A DNA stretch of 64,000 nucleotides from Cyanobacteria bacterium P01_A01_bin.123. GTDB lineage: Bacteria > Cyanobacteriota > Cyanobacteriia > Phormidesmidales > Phormidesmidaceae. Within the stretch, counting starts at the first letter, position 1; the number at the start of each line of letters is the position of its first letter. Under the pieces are notes generated by a model. That model was given only the letters and a program-made list of their open reading frames with translations, was not told the DNA's origin and ran no database searches. Below, one piece after another: positions 9,169-18,917 of the stretch. The DNA lies in the NCBI GenBank assembly GCA_039815185.1, contig JBCBZT010000013.1, positions 32,001 through 96,000 of the forward strand, read 5' to 3'. Made by a program: the position numbers and the translations under genes.

Positions 9169-10539
9169 TTACTTTTGATGCTCCTTACTAGCTGTTTGCG
9201 GTCGCCATCCGGGGAGTTCGCGTTGTTTAGCTCGGGCAACAACCAGGCAATCGTCGGGGACATCTTTGGTAACCACTGAACCTGCCCCCACGGTGACATC
9301 GCTACCCACAGTGATCGGGGCCACAAAGACGCTGTTAGACCCCGTTTTAGTGCGATCGCCAATGATGGTTTTATGCTTTTGGTAGCCATCATAGTTGGCT
9401 GTGATAGTACCCGCGCCGACATTAACCTTCGTCCCTAACGTGGCGTCTCCCATGTAAGACAGATGGGCAATATTGGTGCGATCGCCAATCTGGGATTTTT
9501 TCACTTCTACAAAATTACCAATCCGACAACCCGCGCCGATGTCAGCATGACCCCGTAGATGGGCATAGGGGCCAACGCGGGTGCCGTCTTTAATTACGCT
9601 ATCACTGACCACCGAGTGCAGGACGGTTACATCTTGACCCAGCTGGCTGTCTTCGATCAAACTGCCTGGGCCAATGCGACTGCCTGGGCCAATCGTCGTG
9701 TTACCCCGCAAATGCGTTTGGGGCTCGATCACCACATCGGCGGTGAGCTGCACCGTCTCATCAATGGTTATGGTCTCTGGGGCAAGCATCATCACCCCGG
9801 CCATCATCCAGTCGTCTTTAATCCGGGTTTGCAAGATATCGTAGGCGGCGGAGAGTTGCTTGCGGTTGTTGATGCCTTGAATTTCGTTGAAATCGGCCAC
9901 ATCCATTGCCATAACGGGTTGCATCAGCTTGACTACGTTAGTCAGATAGTATTCTTGCTGGTCGTTGTCCGCTTTGAGGTTGGGCAAGACCTTAGCCAAT
10001 TGGGGCCAATTGAAACAATAGATGCCCGCATTGATGCGGGGATTTTGTCGTTGGGCGGGGGTGCAGTCTCGATCTTCAATGATTTCACTCAAAATGCCCT
10101 TTTCGTCACAAAAGACTCGACCATAACCGCTAGGGTCGGGCATTTGGGCCGTTAAAACTGTGGCAGCATTTCGATTGGCTTGGTGGGTCTGTACCAGCTT
10201 TTCTAAAGTCTCAGCCCGCAGCAGCGGCACGTCACCGTTGAGCACCAACAAATCCCCTTCAAAATCTTTCAAATGGGGGATGACTTGTTGAACAGCGTGC
10301 CCTGTTCCTAACTGTTGGGTTTGTTCGACAAACTCTAGGTTATGGAGATGGTTGAGTTCAGTCTTGACCACATCACTACCATAGCCAACGATGACTAACT
10401 GCCGAGTGGGGGAGGTAATGGCTGCATTTTGGATGACCCGTTCAACTAGCGATCGCCCGCCGAGCTGATGCACCACCTTGGGCAAGCTCGATTTCATCCG
10501 CGTGCCTTTGCCCGCTGCCAACACTGCCACTGCCAACAT
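9169..10539 (-). CDS. glmU: Bifunctional UDP-N-acetylglucosamine pyrophosphorylase/glucosamine-1-phosphate N-acetyltransferase
   Basis: [19 protein letters not shown], hexapeptide repeats, [13 protein letters not shown]. Confidence 0.98.
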   Translation of the reverse strand: MLAVAVLAAGKGTRMKSSLPKVVHQLGGRSLVERVIQNAAITSPTRQLVIVGYGSDVVKTELNHLHNLEFVEQTQQLGTGHAVQQVIPHLKDFEGDLLVLNGDVPLLRAETLEKLVQTHQANRNAATVLTAQMPDPSGYGRVFCDEKGILSEIIEDRDCTPAQRQNPRINAGIYCFNWPQLAKVLPNLKADNDQQEYYLTNVVKLMQPVMAMDVADFNEIQGINNRKQLSAAYDILQTRIKDDWMMAGVMMLAPETITIDETVQLTADVVIEPQTHLRGNTTIGPGSRIGPGSLIEDSQLGQDVTVLHSVVSDSVIKDGTRVGPYAHLRGHADIGAGCRIGNFVEVKKSQIGDRTNIAHLSYMGDATLGTKVNVGAGTITANYDGYQKHKTIIGDRTKTGSNSVFVAPITVGSDVTVGAGSVVTKDVPDDCLVVARAKQRELPGWRPQTASKEHQK

Positions 10540-10629
10540 GACGCTTATCCTCTAGGGCCTGCCTCAACGGAGTATACCTTGGTTCTGGTCGGGATTCTAT
10601 ACCAGGATATGGCTGAGTTTAGTGCTAGA

Positions 10630-11739
10630 TCAAAGCGGATCAAACTGGGGTTGATGGATTCGAGGGTGCCCTAAGATATCTGCGGTATTGTTCGCTGGGG
10701 TGCCATCTTGATCACGGCTTACAGGGGTGTAAATGTACTTGCCAATGAACGTTTCAAACTTTTCCATCAGCGCTGGGCTGCGCCAACCGCGATCAACTTC
10801 TGCCCTCAACATCTGTAATGCTTCTACGGGTGCGAAGGCTGGTTTGTAAGGTCGCTCATTGGTCAAGGCGTCATAGATGTCCACCAACTGAAACACTTGA
10901 GCCAACAGCGGAATCTCATCACCAACCAGCCCATCGGGATACCCCGAACCGTCCCAGCGTTCGTGATGATGGCGAATAATCGGGACAACCCCGTGGAGGA
11001 TCCGCAGTGGATTACAGATGCTCTCACCGATCAGCACATGGGTTTGCATGACCCCCCATTCTGCGGGGTTGAATCTCCCACGCTTCAGCAAGATCGCGTC
11101 GGGGATGCCCACTTTACCAATGTCATGGAGATACCCAGCCCATTGCAGATCTCGAAGTTGTAGGGGTGAAAGGGTGAGAAATTCACCGAAGGCGCGCCCC
11201 AGCTTCGAGAGTCGCTCACAATGATCGCCTGTGTTGGGGTCACGGCTTTCGACCGTTCGGGCAATGGAGAATAGCACCTGTTCGGCATGGTCAAGATCTT
11301 CGTTCAGTCGTTTTTGATGGACTAGCGACTTGACCCGTGCTGAGAGTTCAAGCTGATCAAAGGGTTTTGTAATAAAGTCATCGCCGCCCGCTTCGATTCC
11401 TCTTAATCTAGCCCGACGATCGTCGAGTGCTGTGACAAACACAATTGGAATCAAACGCGTTTGCTCGTTTTCTTTAATTTGACGACAGACTTCAAACCCA
11501 TCCATACCCGGCATCATCACATCGAGCAAAATCAGGTCTGGTTTGGCTGTGGGTAGGCAACGCAATGCCTCAGCCCCGCTTTCAGCTTCTATAACCTGGT
11601 AGCCTTCAACAGACAGAAAAGCCACGGCTGTCATCCGACTAGCCGCATGATCATCGACCACAAGAACTTTGGCTGGCGCTGAGTCTGAGTAGTTCACAGA
11701 ATTTGCTACTGCTTTGCTTGTCCACTTAACTATTAACAA
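10630..11739 (-). CDS. Response regulator with HD-GYP phosphodiesterase domain
   Basis: REC (VVDD, LLDVMMP, KPF) plus HDIGK and HHERWDGSGYP. Start codon uncertain. Confidence 0.93.
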   Translation of the reverse strand: MLIVKWTSKAVANSVNYSDSAPAKVLVVDDHAASRMTAVAFLSVEGYQVIEAESGAEALRCLPTAKPDLILLDVMMPGMDGFEVCRQIKENEQTRLIPIVFVTALDDRRARLRGIEAGGDDFITKPFDQLELSARVKSLVHQKRLNEDLDHAEQVLFSIARTVESRDPNTGDHCERLSKLGRAFGEFLTLSPLQLRDLQWAGYLHDIGKVGIPDAILLKRGRFNPAEWGVMQTHVLIGESICNPLRILHGVVPIIRHHHERWDGSGYPDGLVGDEIPLLAQVFQLVDIYDALTNERPYKPAFAPVEALQMLRAEVDRGWRSPALMEKFETFIGKYIYTPVSRDQDGTPANNTADILGHPRIHQPQFDPL

Positions 11740-11819
11740 GTAGTGGATGGGTTAAAAAGGACAAAATCTAAAAATTCACTTCTGGGACAAGGATGAGTGA
11801 AGTTATTTTAGGTGTGATT

Positions 11820-11963
11820 AATCACATCTGATTTGAAAGTTTGAGTTCTGAGCTGAGTGAAAACCGTAGATTTGGTTGTAGTCAAGGTTTAAACCATGTT
11901 TGATTTGAAAACTTGAGTTTTTAGCTTAGCGAAAATTGTGAACCTGGATGTGGCTAGAGGGTA
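11820..11963 (-). repeat. Two tandem copies of a ~70 bp dispersed repeat (MITE-like)
   Basis: 72-nt period (TGATTTGAAA at 11829 and 11901); shares AGCTAAAAACTCAAG and TTTAAACCTTG blocks with 60639-60701. Confidence 0.75.
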
Positions 11964-12049
11964 TCTCTTCCAGTATCGTGAATACCCCTATGAAAGGAAA
12001 TCAGGTGTTATACCGAGATCTGAAGCGTATTTGTGGTATCAGGACAGGG

Positions 12050-12916
12050 CTATAGCCAACGCTTACGCCACTGAGCCGTGACTTCTAAAGGCGATCGCTG
12101 CTGTTCGGCCAGTCGATTCGCGTGAATTTCTGCTGCGGTTAGCGTTAGGGTGCGATCGCGGTAAGGCACCGCCGCCCGTGTTTGTAAGTGTTCCAGTTCT
12201 CGCTGCGAAAGGGGCGGTAAAGCCTGAGCTGACCAACTGGCGACAGTACCTGGCCAACATCGTCCGACAGCCTGGGTAGCACCAATGTAAAGCCCATTTT
12301 GAGCAAGTGCTGCACGAACTGCGGCAGCACAGGAATAGGTGGCCAGGCGTCCGTCGGGTTTGAGGCAGGTAGTGACGCCTTTAAGAAACTCGACCGTCCA
12401 CAGTTGGGGGCAACGGGGTGGCGAGAACGGATCTAAAAAAATGGCGTCGGCTAGAAATCCTTGGACCACCACGGTTTGAATCTGCTGACGGGCATCGCCG
12501 ATCAGCAATTGAGCCTGGAGGCGATCGCCGCTGATTTGATAGCGCATTGCCAACTGAGCCAAAACCCTACGCACAGGCTCAGACCATCCCTGGATTAGCC
12601 CTTGGGCGATCGCGCTTTGGGGCACAGCAGGGTTGAGGTCTAACCCAATTACAGTGACCTGACAGCCAGGATTCACGTGCCAAATGGTGTCCAATGCTGC
12701 TGCTGTGTTGTAGCCCAGGCCATAGCAGACATCCAGTAGCGCTAGCTGATCAGTCGTCTGCGCTTTGTCAGCCAGTTGTGTTGTGTCTACGTAAGTCAGA
12801 CGCGCTTCACGGTAAGCCCCCTCGCGACTATGAAACCATTCACCAAATTCTGAAGAGAAAAAAGTGAACGATCCGTCTTTTGTAAGTTCTGGTGTGAATG
12901 ATGGATCCTCGGTCAT
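12050..12916 (-). CDS. MnmC/MnmD-like SAM-dependent tRNA methyltransferase
   Basis: TKDGSFTFFS..FGEWFHS, LDVCYGLGYN, FLDPFSP, ATYS. Confidence 0.85.
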   Translation of the reverse strand: MTEDPSFTPELTKDGSFTFFSSEFGEWFHSREGAYREARLTYVDTTQLADKAQTTDQLALLDVCYGLGYNTAAALDTIWHVNPGCQVTVIGLDLNPAVPQSAIAQGLIQGWSEPVRRVLAQLAMRYQISGDRLQAQLLIGDARQQIQTVVVQGFLADAIFLDPFSPPRCPQLWTVEFLKGVTTCLKPDGRLATYSCAAAVRAALAQNGLYIGATQAVGRCWPGTVASWSAQALPPLSQRELEHLQTRAAVPYRDRTLTLTAAEIHANRLAEQQRSPLEVTAQWRKRWL

Positions 12917-12937
12917 GGGGCATGGGAGTGGGGGGCG

Positions 12938-13948
12938 TTATGGGGATACCGCAGAGGGGACGGCTTCAATGATGGCTTGAATTTCTGCTGGTACGGCGGA
13001 TAGTAGGTCATAGCCTGTGGCCAGTTCAATTCGGTCAATCGAGGTTTGATAGTCTCGCCAGTTGCCTGCAATGCCGTCGCGGTTGGGCATATCAATGGCG
13101 ATGATTTGGCTGTTGCGCTTGACCCCACTTACCCCAGAACCAGGCTGATCAAGCACGACAATTACTTTCCACAACCGAGACGGGACGACAACGCGCTGAT
13201 TGAGGCTGTCTTGGGTACCGTAAGCCCCAGCGATGATAAACAGCTCTCGATCTTGTTGATAGACCAAATCTCGACTGTATGCTTCTAACGCCCGCCATGG
13301 CCCCCGATTATTCTCAGGGGCTTGGGGAATGATATTGGTCATCAAAAAGGTTGCGGCATTGTCTTGCACACTGCGGGTGCGATCACCTGAGGGCGCCATG
13401 TGCCCCCGATCATAACCACTGTTGCGATAGTCGTTAGGCGTCACTTGATAGGTTCCCTTGGGCAATCCACCATCAGGGCGAAAGTTATCTTGCCGCTCGG
13501 TATTGCCTAACCAAGCAACTGTCAATTGCCAACTGACCCAATTGGCGGTGCCGCGATCGCGATTGTAAGAGAGCGCATAGGCTCGACGCTCAATTAAATA
13601 GTTATTGAGGTTTTGGGTATTAGCCTGACTCGGATTGCCCAGCGTGAGATGAATGTTGTCAGATGCAGGCGCTACTGTGTCTGTAGATTCAGGGTTTAAT
13701 GGCAGCGCTTCACAGGCTAAACCATTGCCGTCTCGATCCAATCGATAGGGATCATCTGGAAACGTCACCAGGACAATTTGGGCCAGGGCTTGGTCACTAA
13801 AGTCGCCACAGTTGCAATCATCATTGACACACGGCGGTAAAGCGGCGTTTGACGGTTCTACCAGTCCGTCCACAAGTTCAGCACAGCCGCCGGTCAGCAG
13901 CGCGATCGCCCCCAGTGCATAGCCCAATACCCTAAATCGTCGCGTCAT
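12938..13948 (-). CDS. Lipoprotein DNA/RNA non-specific endonuclease (NucA-like) with excalibur-like Ca-binding domain
   Basis: Lipobox LTGGC; CNCGDF...LDRDGNGLACE; YDRGHMAPS; TFLMTNIIPQ. Start ATG 13948 (GTG 13957 also possible). Confidence 0.9.
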   Translation of the reverse strand: MTRRFRVLGYALGAIALLTGGCAELVDGLVEPSNAALPPCVNDDCNCGDFSDQALAQIVLVTFPDDPYRLDRDGNGLACEALPLNPESTDTVAPASDNIHLTLGNPSQANTQNLNNYLIERRAYALSYNRDRGTANWVSWQLTVAWLGNTERQDNFRPDGGLPKGTYQVTPNDYRNSGYDRGHMAPSGDRTRSVQDNAATFLMTNIIPQAPENNRGPWRALEAYSRDLVYQQDRELFIIAGAYGTQDSLNQRVVVPSRLWKVIVVLDQPGSGVSGVKRNSQIIAIDMPNRDGIAGNWRDYQTSIDRIELATGYDLLSAVPAEIQAIIEAVPSAVSP

Positions 13949-14051
13949 ACCGCCCACTCATCTTACGAGTCAATACAAAAATACTACTTCAATTTAATTC
14001 TTGCCCACGCTAACGCATAGACATCCTTATACAGGTATTCGTAGCCAGCTA

Positions 14052-14137
14052 ACCAGGACGCAACCCAGAGAGCTGTACTTGGCATTAACTTTCCCCATCT
14101 GACCAGGACGCAACCAAGAGAGTCGCACTGGATCATT
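14052..14137. repeat. Imperfect direct repeat, two copies with 50-nt period
   Basis: ACCAGGACGCAACCCAGAGAG at 14052 and ACCAGGACGCAACCAAGAGAG at 14102. Confidence 0.7.
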
Positions 14138-14238
14138 GATCGCACTGAATCAATGGTTGATTCCCCCGCTCCCGCCGCGCTCTGATCCCACCTCCCTCCC
14201 TCCGTGCTACCGTTAGGTCAAACGTACTGGACTCGCCG

Positions 14239-15540
14239 ATGATCAAGCTACTCCACCTGTCAGATATCCACATGGGCAGTGGCTTTAGCCACGGGCGCAT
14301 GAATCCTGACACTGGGTTAAATACCCGTTTAGAAGATTTCGTTGCCACCCTAGGTCGCTGCATCGATCGCGCCATTACTGACGCAGTAGATTTGGTGTTG
14401 TTCAGCGGCGATGCCTTTCCTGATGCGACGCCGCCACCGTTGGTGCAGCAGGCCTTTGCGGGGCAGTTTCGGCGTTTGGTTGATGCCAAAATCCCCACGG
14501 TGTTGCTGGTTGGCAATCACGATCAGCATTCCCAAGGACAAGGGGGGGCTAGCTTATGCATCTATCGCACATTGGGGGTGCCAGGGTTTGTGGTAGGCGA
14601 TCGCTTAGAAACCCATTGCATCGATACCCGCAATGGCCCAGTACAAATTGTCACCCTCCCTTGGCTTACCCGTTCGACCTTGCTCACTCGGCCTGAAACC
14701 GAGGGCTTGTCTATGGTGGATGTCAATTATTTACTGGTGGATCGGTTGCGGGTCGCCTTAGAGGGAGAAATTCGGCGTTTAGATCCAGCATTGCCGACTA
14801 TTTTACTGGCTCACTTGATGACCGATACGGCTCGCTACGGGGCAGAACGGTTCTTGGCCGTGGGCAAGGGATTCACCGTCCCCATGGCGATGCTAGCTCG
14901 CCCCTGTTTTGACTACATTGCCCTAGGCCACGTTCACAAGCATCAGATTTTGTCAGCACAGCCACTGGCGCTCTACCCAGGCAGCATTGAGCGAGTAGAC
15001 TTTAGCGAAGAAAAGGAAGATAAGGGCTATGTGCTGGTCGAACTAGACAAAGGTCAGGCCACGGCGGAGTTTTGCCCATTGCCGGTACGTCGGTTTCAAA
15101 CGATTCAGGTGAATGTTGCGCAAGCGGATGATCCGCAGGCGATGTTGCTTAAGGCGATCGCGAAAACAGACTTCACCGATGCCGTCGTGCGACTGCTCTA
15201 CAAGCTACGTTCCGACCAAATCGATCAAATCGACAACGCTGCTCTATTTGAAGCGCTTACCCCAGCCCACACTTACACCATCCATCCAGAATTGGTGAGT
15301 CAACTCGCCCGCCCCCGCTTGCCAGAGTTGGGTAGCGAAAGTTCATTAGAACCATTGGTAGCGCTGCAAACCTATTTGGCGAATCGCGAAGACCTGAGCG
15401 GAGTTGCTGACGCCATGGTTGAGGCAGCTCAAGCTTTATTGTCAGAAGACGAGACGGAAGTGTGGTTAGAAACAGTGGCTGCGGCTGAAAGCGCGATCGC
15501 GACGGATGAGGGTAACAACTGTCAGCTCCGATTGCTTTGA
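14239..15540 (+). CDS. sbcD: Exonuclease subunit SbcD (Mre11 family)
   Basis: LHLSDIH, SGDAF, VGNHD, ALGHVH, YPGSIERVDFSEE. Confidence 0.93.
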   Translation: MIKLLHLSDIHMGSGFSHGRMNPDTGLNTRLEDFVATLGRCIDRAITDAVDLVLFSGDAFPDATPPPLVQQAFAGQFRRLVDAKIPTVLLVGNHDQHSQGQGGASLCIYRTLGVPGFVVGDRLETHCIDTRNGPVQIVTLPWLTRSTLLTRPETEGLSMVDVNYLLVDRLRVALEGEIRRLDPALPTILLAHLMTDTARYGAERFLAVGKGFTVPMAMLARPCFDYIALGHVHKHQILSAQPLALYPGSIERVDFSEEKEDKGYVLVELDKGQATAEFCPLPVRRFQTIQVNVAQADDPQAMLLKAIAKTDFTDAVVRLLYKLRSDQIDQIDNAALFEALTPAHTYTIHPELVSQLARPRLPELGSESSLEPLVALQTYLANREDLSGVADAMVEAAQALLSEDETEVWLETVAAAESAIATDEGNNCQLRLL

Positions 15541-15552
15541 TATAGATCGTTT

Positions 15553-15606
15553 CCCCATTCAGAATTGGAGTTTGCCCGTAAGCAAAAACTCCAATTCTGA
15601 ATGGGG
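15553..15606. terminator. Perfect 21-bp inverted repeat between convergent genes (bidirectional terminator or REP-like)
   Basis: CCCCATTCAGAATTGGAGTTT - 12 nt loop - AAACTCCAATTCTGAATGGGG. Confidence 0.7.
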
Positions 15607-15688
15607 TTTAGCTGGATGGCTTTGACCCCCATTGCTTCAGGATAAGGGGTCTAAATAACTTGCTTTAAAGAGACGGATTAGCGACCGA

Positions 15689-16156
15689 TTATTGATAGGT
15701 ATGCAGTGAGTTGATGAGTAAATCTAGATAGGGATGAATCAAGCTGGCTTGGGCTGGTGCCATGCTTCCGTCGATGGTTGCTTTCAAATGTTGATAGGCA
15801 GCAATGGCCGGCCCGCTATGAGCACGAATCATCGTGCAGTGCCAAAACAGTAGTTTCTCTTTGAAGAAAGCTTCGTCATCGCGCAGCATTGCCAAAGCCA
15901 CATAGCGCAAGATTTCAGTCATATCAAATTGGCATTTCTGACCATGCTTTTCGACGATGTCAGGGTGGCTGAGTTTTAGCTGCTGTAGGGCTTTTAATAT
16001 AATGGCGTCGCTCTTTTGACTCAGATAGTAATAAGATTGTAGGCGATTTTTGTAGGTTGAAAGATAGTTCAGCAGGGGCTGCATTTCTTCGTCGCTAAGG
16101 TATCGCCCGTCTGCGTCGATGATCTTATCTTCGATTTGCCGATTGATAGCTTGCAT
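15689..16156 (-). CDS. Phycobiliprotein-like (globin-fold) protein
   Basis: DADGRYLSDEE and KCQFDMTEILRYVALAML resemble allophycocyanin-family motifs. Likely start ATG 16156. Confidence 0.8.
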   Translation of the reverse strand: MQAINRQIEDKIIDADGRYLSDEEMQPLLNYLSTYKNRLQSYYYLSQKSDAIILKALQQLKLSHPDIVEKHGQKCQFDMTEILRYVALAMLRDDEAFFKEKLLFWHCTMIRAHSGPAIAAYQHLKATIDGSMAPAQASLIHPYLDLLINSLHTYQ

Positions 16157-16324
16157 AGCCTTTTCCTTGATGAGCGCACCCAACAGCTTTATTTTTCTCA
16201 GATTGCCCAACTGAGAGCAGGCAAGCTCGAAAAGTCTTTATTCTTAATATTTGAGTCACATCTTTTAATGTGTTGTTTCAAGGCATCTACTCTACTCTCA
16301 ACTGCCAACTGCGATTCCTGTGAC

Positions 16325-16365
16325 CCCTAATCTTTAATCTCGTTGCTAAAGGTTAAAGATTAGGG
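16325..16365. promoter_or_regulatory. 13-bp inverted repeat in a divergent intergenic region
   Basis: CCCTAATCTTTAA - 15 nt - TTAAAGATTAGGG. Confidence 0.45.
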
Positions 16366-16467
16366 CTATCTACCCAGCCAATCAGCGAGAATGTATCACA
16401 GGACACTATTTAGCCATCCTCGAATGGTTGTCGTCTTGTGCGGTCATCGAATGGCCTCTGAATCCCC

Positions 16468-18417
16468 ATGTTTAAACTGACGCCTACTGATACTGAACGC
16501 TACCTCGCTGCCCCAGACTATACCCAGCCACTGTTGCAGATTTCTGCAGGGCAACGTCAGCGGCTGTTGCAACGCCTGAGTTTTCTTTACGGTGAAGCTG
16601 TCGCTCAGCAACACATCAGTGAATTAGAGCGCTTGATGAAAGTCCACTGCGCTCACAAAACTCCTGAGATGAGGCTCCAGAACGGGCAAGCCAACCCATC
16701 ACAGCGATTTACCGAACAGGACCTCTTTTTGATTACCTATGGTGATTTGCTCGTCAGCGAGCAAGCATCGCCCCTGGCAACGCTGGCTCATTTTCTAGAT
16801 CGCACCACTGGCCTCAAGGGAATCTTCAACACACTCCATATTTTGCCGTTCTTTCCGTACACCTCAGATCGCGGTTTTTCTATTACTGACTTCAGAACCG
16901 TTGATCCGAAGCTGGGCTCTTGGCAAGATATTGAATCTCTGGGGCAAACCTATCGTCTGATGTTTGATGGCGTGTTTAACCATGGGTCTTCCCAAAGTCG
17001 CCCTTTCCAAGAGATGTTAAACGGCAATCCGGCCTATCAAAACTTTGCCACGACTTACCGCTCTCCAGATGAACTCACCCCCGAACAGCGAGCCATGATT
17101 GTGCGTCCGCGCACCTCCGATGTGTTAACTCAATACCAATCGATTGATGGCCCCGTCTGGCTTTGGACGACCTTTTCTCCAGATCAAATTGATCTGAACT
17201 TTACGAATCCCAGAGTGTTGCTAGAGGTGATTGAAACGCTCTTGCTCTATATCCGTAAGGGCGCTGACGTGATTCGTTTGGATGCCGTCACTTATTTATG
17301 GGAGGAACCGGGCACTCCCTGTGCTAATTTGGCCCAAACCCATGAGGTGATTAAGCTTTTCCGCGATGTGCTAAATGTTGTGGCGCCTCAGATTGCCCTG
17401 ATTACAGAAACCAATATTCCCCACGCAGAAAACATCACCTACTTTGGCGATGGTCACGATGAGGCCCAATCGGTTTATAACTTCGCCCTGCCGCCCCTGG
17501 TGCTCTATACGTTCTATGCAGAGTCGGCGACTGAATTATCAAAGTGGGTGCAAACCCTAGACTATCCCTCTGATACGACGACGTTTTTCAATATCCTGGA
17601 TACCCACGACGGAGTTGGATTACTGGGGGTAAAAAATATTCTCTCTGATCAGCAGATTCAGTTCATTATCCGCAATGCACGGGAGCATGGGGCCTTAATT
17701 TCTTACCGGACTGCTGAAGGGGGTCTGGAAGAACCCTACGAGATCAACACCACCTGGTTTAGTGCCCTCAACTTAGATGGGGAAGCGTTGGCCCTACAGG
17801 TTAAACGCATGGTGGCCTCCCGTAGTCTTGCGCTGGTCTTGCGCGGCGTCCCTGGCGTTTATTTACACGGCCTCATCGGCAGTCGCAACGATATCGAAGC
17901 GGTCTTAAAGACCAAATTAAAACGGGATATCAATCGGGCCGTTGTGCATTATGAAGATCTAACGCGATCGCTCCATAACCCAGACGCCCGGATTTCCCAA
18001 ATCATCACTCAGTTAAGTCGGTTGTTAGATCTGCGCGTTAGCAATAAAGCGTTTCATCCTAATGGAGATCAGCGAGTTTTGCAGCCTGATCCAGCCGTTT
18101 TTGCCCTGCTGCGCATTTCCCCCGACTGTGAACAGCACATCTTAACTCTGACGAATGTCACCGCCCAGCCCTGCGATGTGAAAATTTCTCTGGCTGAACT
18201 GGGCGTGACGGGTACCCAAGGACTCTCTGGACTCCCTAGCGACAGCAACCCTGCTAATAGCCGCCCCTATTGCGCGATTCCTGAAGATCACTACTGGTAT
18301 GACCTGATGAGCGGTCGAGGCTGTCGCATTACAGGGGATAGCCTCGAAGTCACGCTGGCTCCCTATGATGTGGCTTGGTTGACACCGTTAGTTGAGTTGG
18401 AGCAGATGATTGAATGA
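16468..18417 (+). CDS. GH13 sucrose-phosphorylase-family enzyme, probably glucosylglycerate phosphorylase type
   Basis: LITYGD, HILPFFP, WTTFSPDQIDLN, IRLDAV, ITETN, THDGVG, YEINTT. Confidence 0.88.
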   Translation: MFKLTPTDTERYLAAPDYTQPLLQISAGQRQRLLQRLSFLYGEAVAQQHISELERLMKVHCAHKTPEMRLQNGQANPSQRFTEQDLFLITYGDLLVSEQASPLATLAHFLDRTTGLKGIFNTLHILPFFPYTSDRGFSITDFRTVDPKLGSWQDIESLGQTYRLMFDGVFNHGSSQSRPFQEMLNGNPAYQNFATTYRSPDELTPEQRAMIVRPRTSDVLTQYQSIDGPVWLWTTFSPDQIDLNFTNPRVLLEVIETLLLYIRKGADVIRLDAVTYLWEEPGTPCANLAQTHEVIKLFRDVLNVVAPQIALITETNIPHAENITYFGDGHDEAQSVYNFALPPLVLYTFYAESATELSKWVQTLDYPSDTTTFFNILDTHDGVGLLGVKNILSDQQIQFIIRNAREHGALISYRTAEGGLEEPYEINTTWFSALNLDGEALALQVKRMVASRSLALVLRGVPGVYLHGLIGSRNDIEAVLKTKLKRDINRAVVHYEDLTRSLHNPDARISQIITQLSRLLDLRVSNKAFHPNGDQRVLQPDPAVFALLRISPDCEQHILTLTNVTAQPCDVKISLAELGVTGTQGLSGLPSDSNPANSRPYCAIPEDHYWYDLMSGRGCRITGDSLEVTLAPYDVAWLTPLVELEQMIE

Positions 18418-18792
18418 CGGGGAAGCGGGCTCACAATTTGCCCCCTGATCAAATTGCCTTACCGCTGCTTTGACCCGTTGAGCCAAGAAACTCCCTGCTG
18501 ATAAAACCGTCAGCGGGCAACCCCCTGATTCTGGAAATAAAACTTGGCTGGGGGAGACGCCCCATTCGCGGATTGACCAGCGTTGCAGATAGTACAAGCT
18601 GCCCTGAAAGACTAATGGTGCGTATTGGAAGCGGATATGGGGGAGACGATTGATTTCATTCACCGCTGTAAAAAAGATGCAGCCTTCTGCCCTTAACGTC
18701 TCTTGAATAAACTGAGGAACCCATTCCCAAGACATCGGCCCAGGGCGAATAATATTGCTCTCAAGGGATTTAGATAAGGTTTGAGTTTTCAT
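18388..18792 (-). CDS. Hypothetical protein
   Basis: 134-aa ORF filling the gap between the GH13 gene and tlyA; no recognised motif. Confidence 0.5.
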   Translation of the reverse strand: MKTQTLSKSLESNIIRPGPMSWEWVPQFIQETLRAEGCIFFTAVNEINRLPHIRFQYAPLVFQGSLYYLQRWSIREWGVSPSQVLFPESGGCPLTVLSAGSFLAQRVKAAVRQFDQGANCEPASPSFNHLLQLN

Positions 18793-18917
18793 GGCTCTAA
18801 ACTTATGTCAGCGTCCTATGACTTCAGTTTAGAGGTCAACCTTGAGGATCTTATGGGGAGTGATCATGCCTTGTCGGTCGCAGGGACGCTGGCGGTATAT
18901 TTCAAAGATCGCCATGC

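Noticed and set aside
14052..14137. Mini CRISPR array
   Set aside because: Only two units, spacer about 14 nt, no cas operon.
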